From Octopus vulgaris (taxonomy: Eukaryota): 64,000 nt of DNA. Every line of letters starts with the position of its first letter. Positions within the stretch are counted from its first letter, which is position 1. The translations under genes were made by a program, and so were the position numbers. The DNA lies in the NCBI GenBank assembly GCA_951406725.2, contig OX597824.1, positions 95,294,001 to 95,358,000 on the forward strand, written 5' to 3'. Shown here piece by piece: positions 1 to 11,672 of this stretch. The notes beneath the pieces are model-generated. The model had not been told where the DNA came from. It saw only the letters and a list, made by a program, of their open reading frames with translations, and did no database searches.

Positions 1-1622
1 AGATCCTTCAAAGCGACTAAGTGAAATCGAAGAGAAGGAAACTGCGTGGAAGCCTGGAATTCAGAAGTCCAACCGTGTCACTGATTTGGCACGAGAACAT
101 TAAGCTATTTACGCTAATTTAACGAGTAGGTAGTTCAGTTGATCTTAACAACAATGTTTTTTTTTCAAAATCCGAGAGAATCTAATCAACTATACAAGTT
201 TTTAATTTCAAATTAAAAAGATAATTCAGGATTGTGTTGTATAAATAATTCATCAAGGAACAAGTTTTAGGAAAGGACCATAGTTTAGTTTCTCAAGTTG
301 TAGTAAAAAGAAGAAAAAAAAGGTCTAGTAAACCCCTTCAAATATATGGCGTCACCTGTTTGCTCAAACCTAAGCCTTAAATTAAAAGAAAGAATATGAA
401 CATTTGAATGTCAATTGACCAAAGGACCTTCCATTTATGAACCCACATGAAGTAATTCCTAATATCATATTTGATGGCATACAAGACGTACGGGGGGAAA
501 ATTATTTTAGTGCATTATTTAGACCCAACTTTGCATAGAGGATCCGTGGTGATTTTTGGAGACATTTTTGTGGTGTGTTCGAACCAGAAGAATGTTCACT
601 TAAAGAGAATAACAAGCTACATAATGCAAAATTTTTACTTTTCAAAAATTCCAATTCTAAAGGGTCGAAACAAACCCGAGCAACGCCGGGAGATACTGCT
701 AGTCTTTGATAAGGGGCGTCGTCCACAACCATTGGAGGTTCTCAGTGATTAGAGAAGACGATTGTTGTTCAATAAGATTTTGCAGGGAAAACATAGGCAA
801 GAATGGGATTTTCGAGAAGGGCAAACGCAGTAAAAGATTAGAAAGAATTAAATGGTTGTACTTCTTTGGATGTATTCTAGGATGTTCGCGCTGGGTTTTG
901 GGTAGCGTTTCATCTTTGCAGCTTATGTACTCGGTATCAAATGACTAGACACGCCCCATACAAATCAATATCATTACAAATATTAAATGCTCCCACCTGG
1001 TTGAGGATCATACTACATCCTGACCTGAGATGCGGAAGTTTACTCGTATGGGGTGCACTCTAGACATCCATATTCAGTGCTCACGTTTCTGCCACCTTTT
1101 GTTTACCCTCTTTAGGTTCAATCCCGATTGAATGATTCATGGCAGAAAAAGCATTTCAGCTACGATCGATTGTTTATCCTCCACCCCTAAATATATCAAA
1201 GACAACGTTGTCCAATGTGTCTTTCCTTTATTTCAAGACTAAACAGAGCGAGATTTGATGGGCTCTGGCTACTATTTCTAGCAAGCTGAGAGCAGATTAT
1301 GGCCATGGCCTAAGACGAGGGCAAGATCTGCACTTACTGATGACACGCTTATCTTAAAGAGATAATCTTTTCTACTTTATTAAGCACAAGGCGTGAAATT
1401 TCATGGGGGAGCCGGTACTCAACTGGTGAGTATTTCGTCGACCTCGACGGCATGAAAGACAAAGTAAACCTCGAATTCGAATGTAAATAATGAGAAGCAA
1501 TGATATACAATGCAAATGGCTTTATTATTTAAAAAAGAAGCGTTAGCATTTAACTGACAGATTGAATATTCATTCTATTGTGCATTGGCGTCCCGTAATT
1601 CCTATTCTAAATATTGGAAGTT

Positions 1623-1921
1623 GGTACTACTAGCGAACAGAGGTCCCGGTGCGCACACGCTAGCTAGTCGTAAGTACTCGATCCTACAACGACTTTTTAT
1701 ACCTAACCCTAGTTTGTTTATAAAAAATAATTTATTTAATTAGTTTAAAAAATGATTTACTTTGCGTTTTATTTACTTTGTTCGAAAAATATTATTTAAT
1801 TTCCTTTGATATGTATTCCGCCTTGAAATACAAACATAGGCGCCAAGTCGTTGTAGGATCGACTACTTACGACTAGCCAGCGCGGGTGCGCGCACCGGGA
1901 CCACTGTTCGCTAGAAGTACC
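1623..1921. mobile_element. Non-autonomous DNA transposon (MITE), Mutator-like
   Basis: About 75-bp TIRs (GGTACTACTAGCGAACAG... / ...CTGTTCGCTAGAAGTACC), AT-rich core, 9-bp TSD TTGGAAGTT (1614-1622) / TTGGAACTT (1922-1930). Confidence 0.8.
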
Positions 1922-3072
1922 TTGGAACTTTACGTTTGGTTTCCGAATGATTTTTTTTAAAAAAAAAGAAGAATTAATACAACCGGAACTGAATAAAGAA
2001 TGGTTTTGTCACTAAGTCACGTGTAGGGCGACGCTAAAATATATTCTTCAAATGCTTCCACGTGTTTGTCGTGTTTGGACATCGTTTGAGTTCCTCTAAA
2101 AATAAAGAATAAAAAAAAAAACAGTGTCGACCTTTTGTGTCTGTTACTATTTTTATGAGACACAGCTTCGAGCGCTTCTCTAACGAAAAAAGTGCCTCGA
2201 TTGGCGATTGATGTCGATTCTGCGACACATTTGAAAGAAAAGCGTCGGAGCCTTGGATAACAGCAACACCATAAACTGACCGATGCCCTTCAAATAAAAC
2301 CTTGCTTTGGGAAAGGATTAGGACCAAAATCAACATCCAGAAAATACCCACCGTTTATTCAACTGAAAGACTATTTGTGATATTATTATAATTAGTTTAT
2401 TTTAAAAAACAAACTACAAACGGACACATCAAATAGGTTTAGCAACTTCCCTTTTTTTACAAGGCGATCGCCCTTTCACATTAACGAACCTGTATCCCGT
2501 TTCAGAATTTCTTAATTTTTATTTATTCATATTATTTAGATATCAAAATTTTCAATTGCATATTAACATCAATAGATAAGAAAAAATTATTATTACAGCC
2601 CAAGGAATGAGGAAATGATGTGAAAATGAGCCGAGGTGGATGCAGTGGTTTATATTTTCACCTTAGAAAGAAAAGGATTTTCAACTGTAAAAGTATACGA
2701 AGTTAAATAATAAAAAGATCAAAGATGAATTAGAGAATATTGCTTAAATAAAGATCCAAAACATTAAACAACAGTTTTAGTAAAAATAAACTGAATTTGA
2801 ATCAGAATTTTGGAATATATTCACTGTGTGGAACATCCGCGTTGACCCTGGTATTAAACGGGTAGATTAAGAAATAAGATGAAAAGAAAACTCTTAAATT
2901 GATTAATTCTATAATTAAAGAATGCTTTACCCAATTGTTAACGAAGAAATATTTAATAATCTAGGGTTTTTTTCCCCCCAATATTCTTCCCATTCCGTTC
3001 GGTGTCCTTCAAACAATGACCTGTCGCAATTTGAAAGCAAAGCGGGGCGTTCAGAGATGGATTAAAACTTAC

Positions 3073-3186
3073 CACTTTTGAAATTTTGACTCTTGGAGGT
3101 CCTGATATAAGACTGGCTTTGGGAGCAGCATGTTTCTGAGCCATTAATAAAGACTGCCGTACACTGTTTCTTAATAGAACAGACAT
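3073..3186 (-). CDS. COX8: Cytochrome c oxidase subunit 8 (COX8-like), coding exon 1 (mitochondrial presequence plus start of mature chain)
   Basis: MSVLLRNSVRQSLLMAQKHAAPKASLISGPPRVKISKV is followed by a canonical phase-0 GTAAGT donor (3072-3067). The presequence is basic and lacks acidic residues, and it carries the COX8 S-x-PP-x-x-I-S motif. The 38-codon exon 1 and MSVL start match human COX8A exon 1 as recalled. Exon 2 (TM helix) was not found in the window. Confidence 0.85.
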
Positions 3187-3637
3187 TGTTCACAGGAACC
3201 GAAGTTTCACCTTGATTGCAAAGAAGTTTTTATTAATGTCTGCTCTTATTGATAATCTCGGGCTGAATATTTTCCTTTTCCGGTCGGTATGATTAATGTA
3301 TAAAGAATAATAACGGATATTTTTTTGTATGTAAATTAATAAATAACCTAAAGATTTACTTATAGATCTACATAAAACCATTTATTCGAACCTTCTTTTT
3401 TTTTAATATCATTTTGGACTCACGAGTAAATAGTTGACATATTTATATGTCAAATAGTTGACATATTTATATCTGTTCATTTGCTGCTGACTGCCGACTC
3501 AGTGGGTGATAGTTGTGATTAGAGTTGAGGGGGAATTCTAGCTAAAAGCAAAAGTAAAATAGAAAAAAGCAACATCTTAACGGCAGGGAGAGAGTTTGGC
3601 CAAAAAGGGAAAGAAGAAACTACAAGTAAACAGAAAA
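3187..3637. promoter_or_regulatory. Putative bidirectional promoter between COX8 and BTBD7
   Basis: About 450 bp of repeat-free sequence between the COX8 ATG (minus) and the plus-strand YY1-like/ATG motif; inferred from gene geometry. Confidence 0.5.
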
Positions 3638-4089
3638 ATGGCTGACGGTGATGGGAACGTCTGTGGCTGTTGCACGGACCTGTCTCTGGTTTACGAATGC
3701 CTCAGAGAAGATGTTTTTGCCGATTTCGTGCGTTGGTCTGTGGCTGGCTGTTGATAAACCCCTGCGACTGTCTGACAGCCTCATGACCCCTACAACTCTC
3801 CTTCCTCGCTGATTGAAAGAGGAAATGAACCGCTGTCAATGTAATTATTAAAGCCTGAAATTGCCGAAATATTCACCTAATCTCTCAGCTCGAATATTAT
3901 GAACTGGAATTAACCTGCTACTTTATATTAGACACCAAATCGAAATCCGAGAAGTGCTCGTTGCTACATCCCCACCTTAATTTTCACATCAGACTGTCTT
4001 TTTTTTCTATATACAAAGTCCTTTTTTTTTACCATCTCGTGGTGGAACTGTTACTGAACCACGGCCAGGAATACCGCAATCTAAACTTG
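3600..4089 (+). other. Putative non-coding first exon of BTBD7 (5' end approximate)
   Basis: Unique, relatively CpG-containing sequence directly upstream of COX8 on the opposite strand. YY1-like AAAATGGCTG at 3635-3644; strong donor TTG|GTAAGT at 4089/4090. The link to BTBD7 is inferred because no other plus-strand coding exon was seen before 52645. Confidence 0.55.
3638..3754 (+). other. Candidate uORF/micropeptide, 38 aa, MADGDGNVCGCCTDLSLVYECLREDVFADFVRWSVAGC
   Basis: AAAATGG context; open frame to TGA at 3752-3754, inside the putative first exon. Confidence 0.35.
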
Positions 4090-4190
4090 GTAAGTAATAC
4101 CAATAATAATATTTTATAGATCTACAATGTTTTCTGTTGTTATTTCTTGTTTTGTTTCTTCATAGCTTTCGCCTTTGAAGTAATATACCT

Positions 4191-4357
4191 TACACACACA
4201 CACACACGCAAATACACGCACACACACACACGCGCAAGCACAAACACACACACCCACACACAAATATACACACACACACGCACACAAATACACACAAATA
4301 CACACACACACACACACACACAGAGAAACACACACGCACACACAAACACGCACAAAT

Positions 4358-4388
<31 letters not shown>

Positions 4389-4479
4389 CACACACGCACA
4401 CACAAACACACGCACACAAATACACACAGAAACACACCCACACACACGCACACACGCGCACACACACACACACACACAC
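4191..4479. repeat. Compound (CA)n microsatellite
   Basis: Directly visible, with recurring CAAATA/CAGAAA/CACG interruptions. Confidence 0.97.
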
Positions 4480-5275
4480 CAAGTATTTTCCGTCGGTATT
4501 ATAGAATATTTCTATTTATTATATTTTCTCAACAAAAAAAAAAATAGAAACCTCAGCTACGTTTTTACTCTCTCACTTATTATTATTATTATTATTATTA
4601 TTAATGATCTTTGCAATAAAATATTTCAGGCCTTTTTTTGTTATTAAAAGAAAGGAACAGATCAGTATTTTAATTATTTTGTTTGTTTTAATGACAATAA
4701 TTAATTGGGAGCCCATTGAGGAAATGAGGGAGCACTTTGCAACGAACACACTCTATCACACTGATCCCTCATTATATGTCATTTACCATTCGAGATCGCC
4801 TAAAAACCATTTATTCCGTTGCTATGTTGTATCATTTTATAATAGCGCAGATTCTCATATCAAACTATGTGAAAAATCTGCGCCTCAGATATTTTTTTAA
4901 AGGGCAGATTGTTATTCCTTTCATTATAGTAACCTCACCGCCCCCAATCGACTTCTTTTCCCCTCGGCGGCTCCTTCCTTCCTCCACCTTGGCGCCGGGC
5001 CTTCCCTAGTTATTAAGTGCACGTCTCCATCGATTTTTCATTTTCCCTTCCTATTCGTCGTTCTCAGGGGTTAAATAAACCTAATTCTGCCACATCGACT
5101 CATTATTACTAACCCTAATATCATGGTGGTGAACAAAAATTACTACCCAGTCATTGTGTGAATTTTCTTTTTTTTTTGTCAATGTCAGTTCCTTATTTAT
5201 TTAAACTAAGCAGTTGATGTGTATCCCTTGATATTAAATACCCTAATTATTTTATAATTCATTACAAGAAATTCA

Positions 5276-5336
5276 ATATACATATATATATTATATATAT
5301 ATACACATAAATATATATATATACACATAAATATAT

Positions 5337-5399
<63 letters not shown>

Positions 5400-5540
5400 T
5401 ATATATATATATACACACATAAATATATATATATACACACACACATATATATATATACACACACATATATATATATACACACACACATATATATATATAT
5501 ACACACACACATATATATATATATATAAATATATATACAC

Positions 5541-5591
<51 letters not shown>

Positions 5592-5867
5592 AATATATAT
5601 ATACACATATAAATATATATATACACATATATATATATATACACATATAAATATATATATATACACACACACATATATATACACATATAAATATATATAT
5701 ACACACACACATATATATACACATATAAATATATATATATATACACACACACATATATATACACATATATAAATATGTATATATATATATACACATATAT
5801 AAATATATATATACACACGCACACATATATATAAATATATATATACATATACACATATATATATATA
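5276..5867. repeat. Compound (TA)n/(CA)n microsatellite, about 590 bp
   Basis: Directly visible. Confidence 0.97.
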
Positions 5868-6790
5868 ATGTGTATATTTGTTATTCAGTATTCCCCTTTA
5901 ATATAGAAGCGGACTACTTCTGTAATTTCTTAATTCTCATTAAATATTTAAACATTGAAATAAATTACTTCTGTATATGTCTTGTCAAATATAGAGAAGT
6001 ATATACAGAAAAGGAAACGAATAATAATAAAAACCAGTATTTATTGGCCAAAAGGAGAAAAGAAAAAGCAAAGACAATCAAACTAGACCGGCAGGTGTTC
6101 AGAATAAAATCCACTTAATTTAATATCAAGAAATATTTCTTTTCCCAGTTTATAATTGTCTGGAAAATAATTTCCTAATTATAAAAAAATCCTGGATGTC
6201 ATTATATATTCTATGCGCAAAGATCTTTATGTAATTGTTTTTGGTTTTTTGTAACCTGGGTTTCCTCATAAATATATCTACAGAAGAATATGGTAAAAAA
6301 AAAAGATCTATATTATTTATACTAGTCCTTTTTCCCCATTTGTCTGCGAGTATTGATCCTTCTTTCCAACACAACTATTAACTCTCTCCAAGCCGCCTCC
6401 TTCCATCATCCATCTTGAAGGATTCTTCCAAAGAGGGATAAAATCGGTAAATCTTGTCGCAGACTTCGAATTTCTTTCTAAATTTATTTCAGACACTTTT
6501 CCCCGTTTTCTACTGGTGCCACTCGTCACAAACATTCATTTGTTTACATTGAAATGACGAAGTACTTTTGTACAAATTGTTCCAAGTGATCTCCGCTTCT
6601 ATCTCGGAAATCCACAACAAATTCGGTTCTCTGGAGTTCCGGCAGAATTACAGTTGTGCGTGTCTGGTTTATTTATTGTGTTGTTGTGTTATGAAACACA
6701 AGATCCACAAATACTGTTGCTTAGAAATATACTAATTTATTGAAAATGTATTTGTTTCTTTATAGCTACTATTGTTTTTGTGTGGGAGGA

Positions 6791-6801
6791 TACATACATA
6801 C

Positions 6802-6842
<41 letters not shown>

Positions 6843-6968
6843 CTCCCACATTATATATATATATATATACATACATATATATATATATATATCCCCTCCC
6901 CCCCACATTATATATATATATATATACCCATATCCCATCCCACATGATATGTATATATATATATATAT
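6791..6968. repeat. (TA)n tract with three repeated CCC(T/A)CCCACAT units
   Basis: Directly visible. Confidence 0.85.
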
Positions 6969-7181
6969 TTCGTTTTGGGATTTGGTTTGCAAGATTCTTT
7001 ATATGAGTTGGTGTGTTGAAGCATATTCTGTTGTGTCTGGGGAGAGTCATTTTCTTTTTGTGCCTTATTATTTAACACACACACTGGTTAAATTTCTTAA
7101 AATAAGAAAAAAAAGTGGAAATTTTACCGGTGAGTGTGTTAAATTATAAGGCACAAAAAAAAACTCTCCCCAGACACAGCA

Positions 7182-7182
<1 letters not shown>
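6969..7182. mobile_element. Interspersed repeat with an inverted terminal duplication (Penelope-like terminus or fold-back MITE)
   Basis: 7028-7096 and about 7118-7182 are about 65-bp inverted copies (CTGTTGTGTCTGGGGAGAG.../...CTCTCCCCAGACACAGCAG). The same sequence recurs singly at 27643-27768; flanked by TA tracts. Confidence 0.6.
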
Positions 7183-7228
<46 letters not shown>

Positions 7229-9494
7229 CATACATCGTGTTGATATATGGACAATTTAGGTGGTTTTAAAGTCAGATCATGGCATCTCATAGATACCCTA
7301 ATTTCTAATTATATATATATATATATATACATGAGAAAGAGCGCAAAATTTCGCCGTTACTCCGAGTTTTACGGTTCCTGACTTCAAATGATCAGAATCT
7401 TTCGTTATGTCTAGTATTGAGTACTCGTTTATATAATTATATTTGTTCCCAAACACACACAAACCTCTATTTTTTGATGCACCACTCTCCCCTTAATATC
7501 GATTCGTTTTGACTAGGCAGGAAGATTTTTTTTATTTCTGAAGGTATCGGAAATTTATAAACATTTATGTCTTTCCCAATCGCGTAAACATCGTAAGTTA
7601 TAGGAAATGCCATTTACTATTTATTGATTTCACGCTATTGAATAAGATTAAGGCCAAATTTTACAGTGGAGGTGTGCCAGTTGACTTGAATCGATATTAA
7701 ATATATTACTGGTATTTTATCGAATTTTCTTTCAAGGACGTTTCAGTTTGCAAGTTGAGAAATTAAATTTAATATTTCGTCTATTGCATAATTTCTAGTA
7801 TCCACATCTTAATTGGGGGTAATCTTTTTAATAGGCTCGAGACTAAAGTTTCTCAGGAATTCTCTTACTGATACCGTATTTACGCGTGTGTAAGTCCCAC
7901 AATTTTACACTTGATTTTAACTGAAAAAAAAACTGGGGAACAAGCAAGAGGTAAGGCTGCCATCAAGTTTGAATACGAAAGGAGAAAAATATTCTATCAA
8001 GATTTAGCATTAAATTAAGGGTGTGACATGACATATCCTTGAGTAAATACGGTGCATATTTTATTGATCCGAAAGAAAAGTGGAGTTGACCCTAGCTTTA
8101 TTAAAAATCTGAGACCAAATACAACAATATTGTAATTAACAGTAAATATAAATTATTTCTTAAGTGCAAGGTCAGTTTTTTTTTAAGGTGGTGGTGGTGG
8201 GGAAAGTGAAGTAGAATTGAATGGACATGCACCCACCACATTAATTATTGATTTCTGGCAAGTTTTGAAATCAAACGAAGTCTAGAAAGAGAAAGGCCAA
8301 ATGAGGTAAGGCTTTTAGTTTGATATTCGGCAGTTATTTTAGTTCTTACAGCTTGCTCAGCAAGCTGGTTTTTTTCTTTTTTCTTTTCTTTTTTTCTTAA
8401 GACCTTTTTGGCTCCATCTAAACTAGATGACAATGAACAGGCAAATCTTATTAAAAGTGTGAAACAGAACTTGCATTGATTTGCTATTAGTCATGTAGCA
8501 ACTGAATTAAATATAACAAATGAAAAGGATATGAAACATTCCTCTAAGCTTTGGTGCAGTTTAAGTAATCTCCGTCATGCTTATATTAAAATTTTAAGAA
8601 AACTGGAAACCAAATCTCAATTACTTTCAGTTTATCTCTGTAATTGTTAATGGCTTTCTTCATCTGTTTCATTTCTGTTGCGTATGAATTTTCCATTTCT
8701 CAAGACAAGTTAAGGCAGGGGTTCCCGTTCCTTATCTTAGTGAAAGTTCTAACTTGATTAACAGTTTAGAAATAGTTGCTTTTGATAATAACTTCTACAG
8801 ATCTTTCTACCCCCCTCTCTCTCTCTCACCTTATCATTTCTCATAGTAAAAAATATTCCCCCAATCTCTGTGAATAGTGTTGCAGTTATCTGAGGTTATA
8901 TCTTAAAATTACCAAAAACTAGAACATTTGGCAGAACTGGTAGGGCATAAGCTATATATTATAAATCTCTACATTGTTCCTCTGTTTTCTGAATTACAAT
9001 GTGGCCAAAATTGACTTTACCATTCATCTTGTTATTGGTGATTAAAATATACCAGTAATATTCAGTTGTCTATACATCTTCTACAAAAAACAACCAAAAA
9101 CAAAAACCTTTGTTCCTATCCTAAGCAACCAAACAGTGTTACTAAAATTTTCTAAGGTATTGTTTGGCCTGTCTTGGAGGGTGGAAATTAGAAATACTGA
9201 CCTGGACTGCACCAAACTGGTCCAATTCCTGCCAACATGGAAAACAAATGTAAAATGACTAATAAAGGTGTGGCTGTGTGGTTAATATATTTAAATCTCA
9301 ACCCCTCTGCTTTTGGGTTCAACCTCACTGCATGGCACCTTCTATTGTAGCACTGGCTGACCAATACCTTGTGAGGGAACTTGGTAGATGGAAACAGGAG
9401 GAGCCCATGAAGGGTATCTGGCTGGAGGAAAATCTGCCTCGATACAATCTGTCCAATCCATGCCAGCAAAGAAAAGTGAACATTAAATAATGAT

Positions 9495-9542
<48 letters not shown>

Positions 9543-9594
9543 CATACATACATACATACATACATACATACATACATACATACATACATACATA

Positions 9595-9912
9595 GGAGCA
9601 CTCCATCGGTTATGACAACGAGGGTCCCACCTGATACAATCAATGGAACAGCCTGCTCATGAAATTAACGTGCAAGTGGCCGAGCACTCCACAGACACGT
9701 GTACCCTTATCATAGTTCTCAGGGAGATTCAGCATGACACAGAGTGCGACAAGGCTGTTCCTTTGAAATACAGGTACTACACATTTTTGCCAGCTGAGTG
9801 GACTGGATAAACATGAAATAAAGTGTCTTGCTCAAGGACACAATGCATCGCTGGAAATTGAACTCACAACCTTAAGATCGTCAGCTAAACACCTAACCAC
9901 TAAGCCATGTAC
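9595..9912 (-). mobile_element. tRNA-derived CORE-type SINE (family D)
   Basis: Reverse complement gives TGGCTTAGTGGTTAGG...GAGTTCAATTTCC (A/B boxes), then GTGTCCTTGAGCAAGACACTTTATTTC; homologous to the copies at 14349 and 58446. Confidence 0.8.
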
Positions 9913-10488
9913 CTTTATATATATATATATGTATCTACACACACACATATATATAATATCGAATTATGAAAATGAGTGCTCAACATTGGTGGATAGAATT
10001 TGTCTGTGTATTAAGGCTATCTTAATATCCTAACACTTTTTCAAGCTGAACACATGGCGGAATGGTGTTCACCTCCATTTTGGGTGAAACCACAGATTCT
10101 CGTGCATATGTATATATATGTATATATATATATATATATAATATGTGTGCTGGTGGGGTGGAATGGCTGGCAAAGTGGAGCACTGCCATGTATTTAGTTC
10201 TAGTTCTTTCCTTTTGAGATCATTAAGCCAACTATTTCGTTTGTTTTGGGCTGGTTAATTTAATTAACTCTGCGCTTGTCTTACAAATTGGTGTCTAGTT
10301 GCTAGTGCGAGAAATCAATTTTATGCATAACACTAACAAGTAATATTGTTTTTTTGTTGCTGAAAATATCTCATCTAGAGTAACATAAAGTGCTGTAGTT
10401 TTTCTGCATTGATCTTTATTACTGGCATTTTTTTCCCCTGTGTCCCTGGTGAGATATTTCACGCTGTTGGAATTTTGATGTAGACTCA

Positions 10489-11382
10489 GGCATGGCTCTG
10501 TGGTTGAGAAGCTTGCTTGGCAAACATGTGGTTTCGGGTTTAGTCCCACTGTGTGGCACCTTAAGCAAGCGTCTTCCACTATAGCCCTGTGCTGACCATT
10601 GCTTTGCAAGTGAATTTCTTAGATGGAAACTGTGTGGAAACCCATAGTGTGTATGTGTGTGTATACATGCCATTGGTCACTTTGAGTTATTTCTCTTAGC
10701 TCATATTTGCATATATGCAAATGAAGTGAGTTCATGGCTTGCAGGACGGCCTGCTGGGCTTACCTTGGATCGTAGGGTGACCTGCTGTGCTTGAGGAGAC
10801 CTATTGAGTCAAATACGTCAACATCAAAACAAAAGTCAAATGGAAATTGTAGTTGTGATACCCGTGCCGGTGGCATGTAAAAATACACCATCCAAATGTG
10901 GCCGATGCCAGTGCCGCCTTGACTGGCATCTGTGCCGGTGGCATGTAAAAAGCAACAATTGATCGTGGATGTTGCCAGCCTCCTGGCCCCTTTGCTGGTG
11001 GCACATAAAAAGCACCCACTACACTCATGGAGTGGTTGGCATTAGGAAGGGCTTCGAGCTGTAGAAACACTGCCAGATCAGATTGGACCCTGGTGCAGCC
11101 TTCTGGCTTCCCAGACCCTGGTCGAACTGTCCAACCCATGCTAGCATGGAAAACGGGCGTTAAACAATGATGATGTGTCTGTGTCTTTATTCCCACCACC
11201 ACTACTGCTTGGCAATCAGTGATGGTTTGTTTATGTCCCTGTAACTTAGTAGTCCAGCAAAAGAAATAGATTAAGTACCTAACTTTTAAAAAAAGAGGGG
11301 TGATTTGTTCAACTAAACTCTTTGAGCCAGTGTTTCTGCATGGCCACAGTCCAATGACTGAAACAAGTAAAAGATAAAAGAT
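10489..11382 (+). mobile_element. SINE family B interrupted by a long family C SINE (about 10735-11175)
   Basis: B head GGCATGGCTCTGTGGTTGAGAAG...GGCACCTT; C segment with TGCCGGTGGCATGTAAAAAGCA repeats and a GAT tail; B tail ...ATGACTGAAACAAGTAAAAG. Confidence 0.75.
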
Positions 11383-11672
11383 GAACCTTTTGTTAATGCA
11401 TTAGTGAATAAAATTCTATCAAAGGGTACGTGTGTGTGTGTGTGTTACCTAAAAGTAATTGGAGACTGTGCTAAATGAAATGCAAGCATAGATAGAAGTT
11501 TTGAGTTCATACAGTGCATACTACTCTAGTAATATCTAATCTCAGAAACACAACAGTGTTGCCCCCAACTCTTAACAGCTTCACCACAGCCATACTGTGT
11601 TCCTATAGTGTCCCTAGCAACAATACAAGTTCCATGTAACTCCAATAAATCACATATTATATACACTATATA

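Noticed and set aside
2-103. Plus-strand open frame DPSKRLSEIEEKETAWKPGIQKSNRVTDLAREH* at the window edge
   Set aside because: Could be a terminal coding exon, but it is too short, has no recognisable family and its start lies outside the window.
2034-2363. Minus-strand 105-aa ORF with a hydrophobic start, considered as COX8 exon 2
   Set aside because: No E-K..G..P-x-W-V/I-L motif; an in-frame stop lies just upstream with no acceptor in between; phase-0 reading from the nearby TTTCAG stops after 10 codons.
4114-5856. Long ORFs rich in VC/YI/HT dipeptides (also near 6732-7050 and 26626-27118)
   Set aside because: Translations of CA/TA microsatellites, which lack stop codons.
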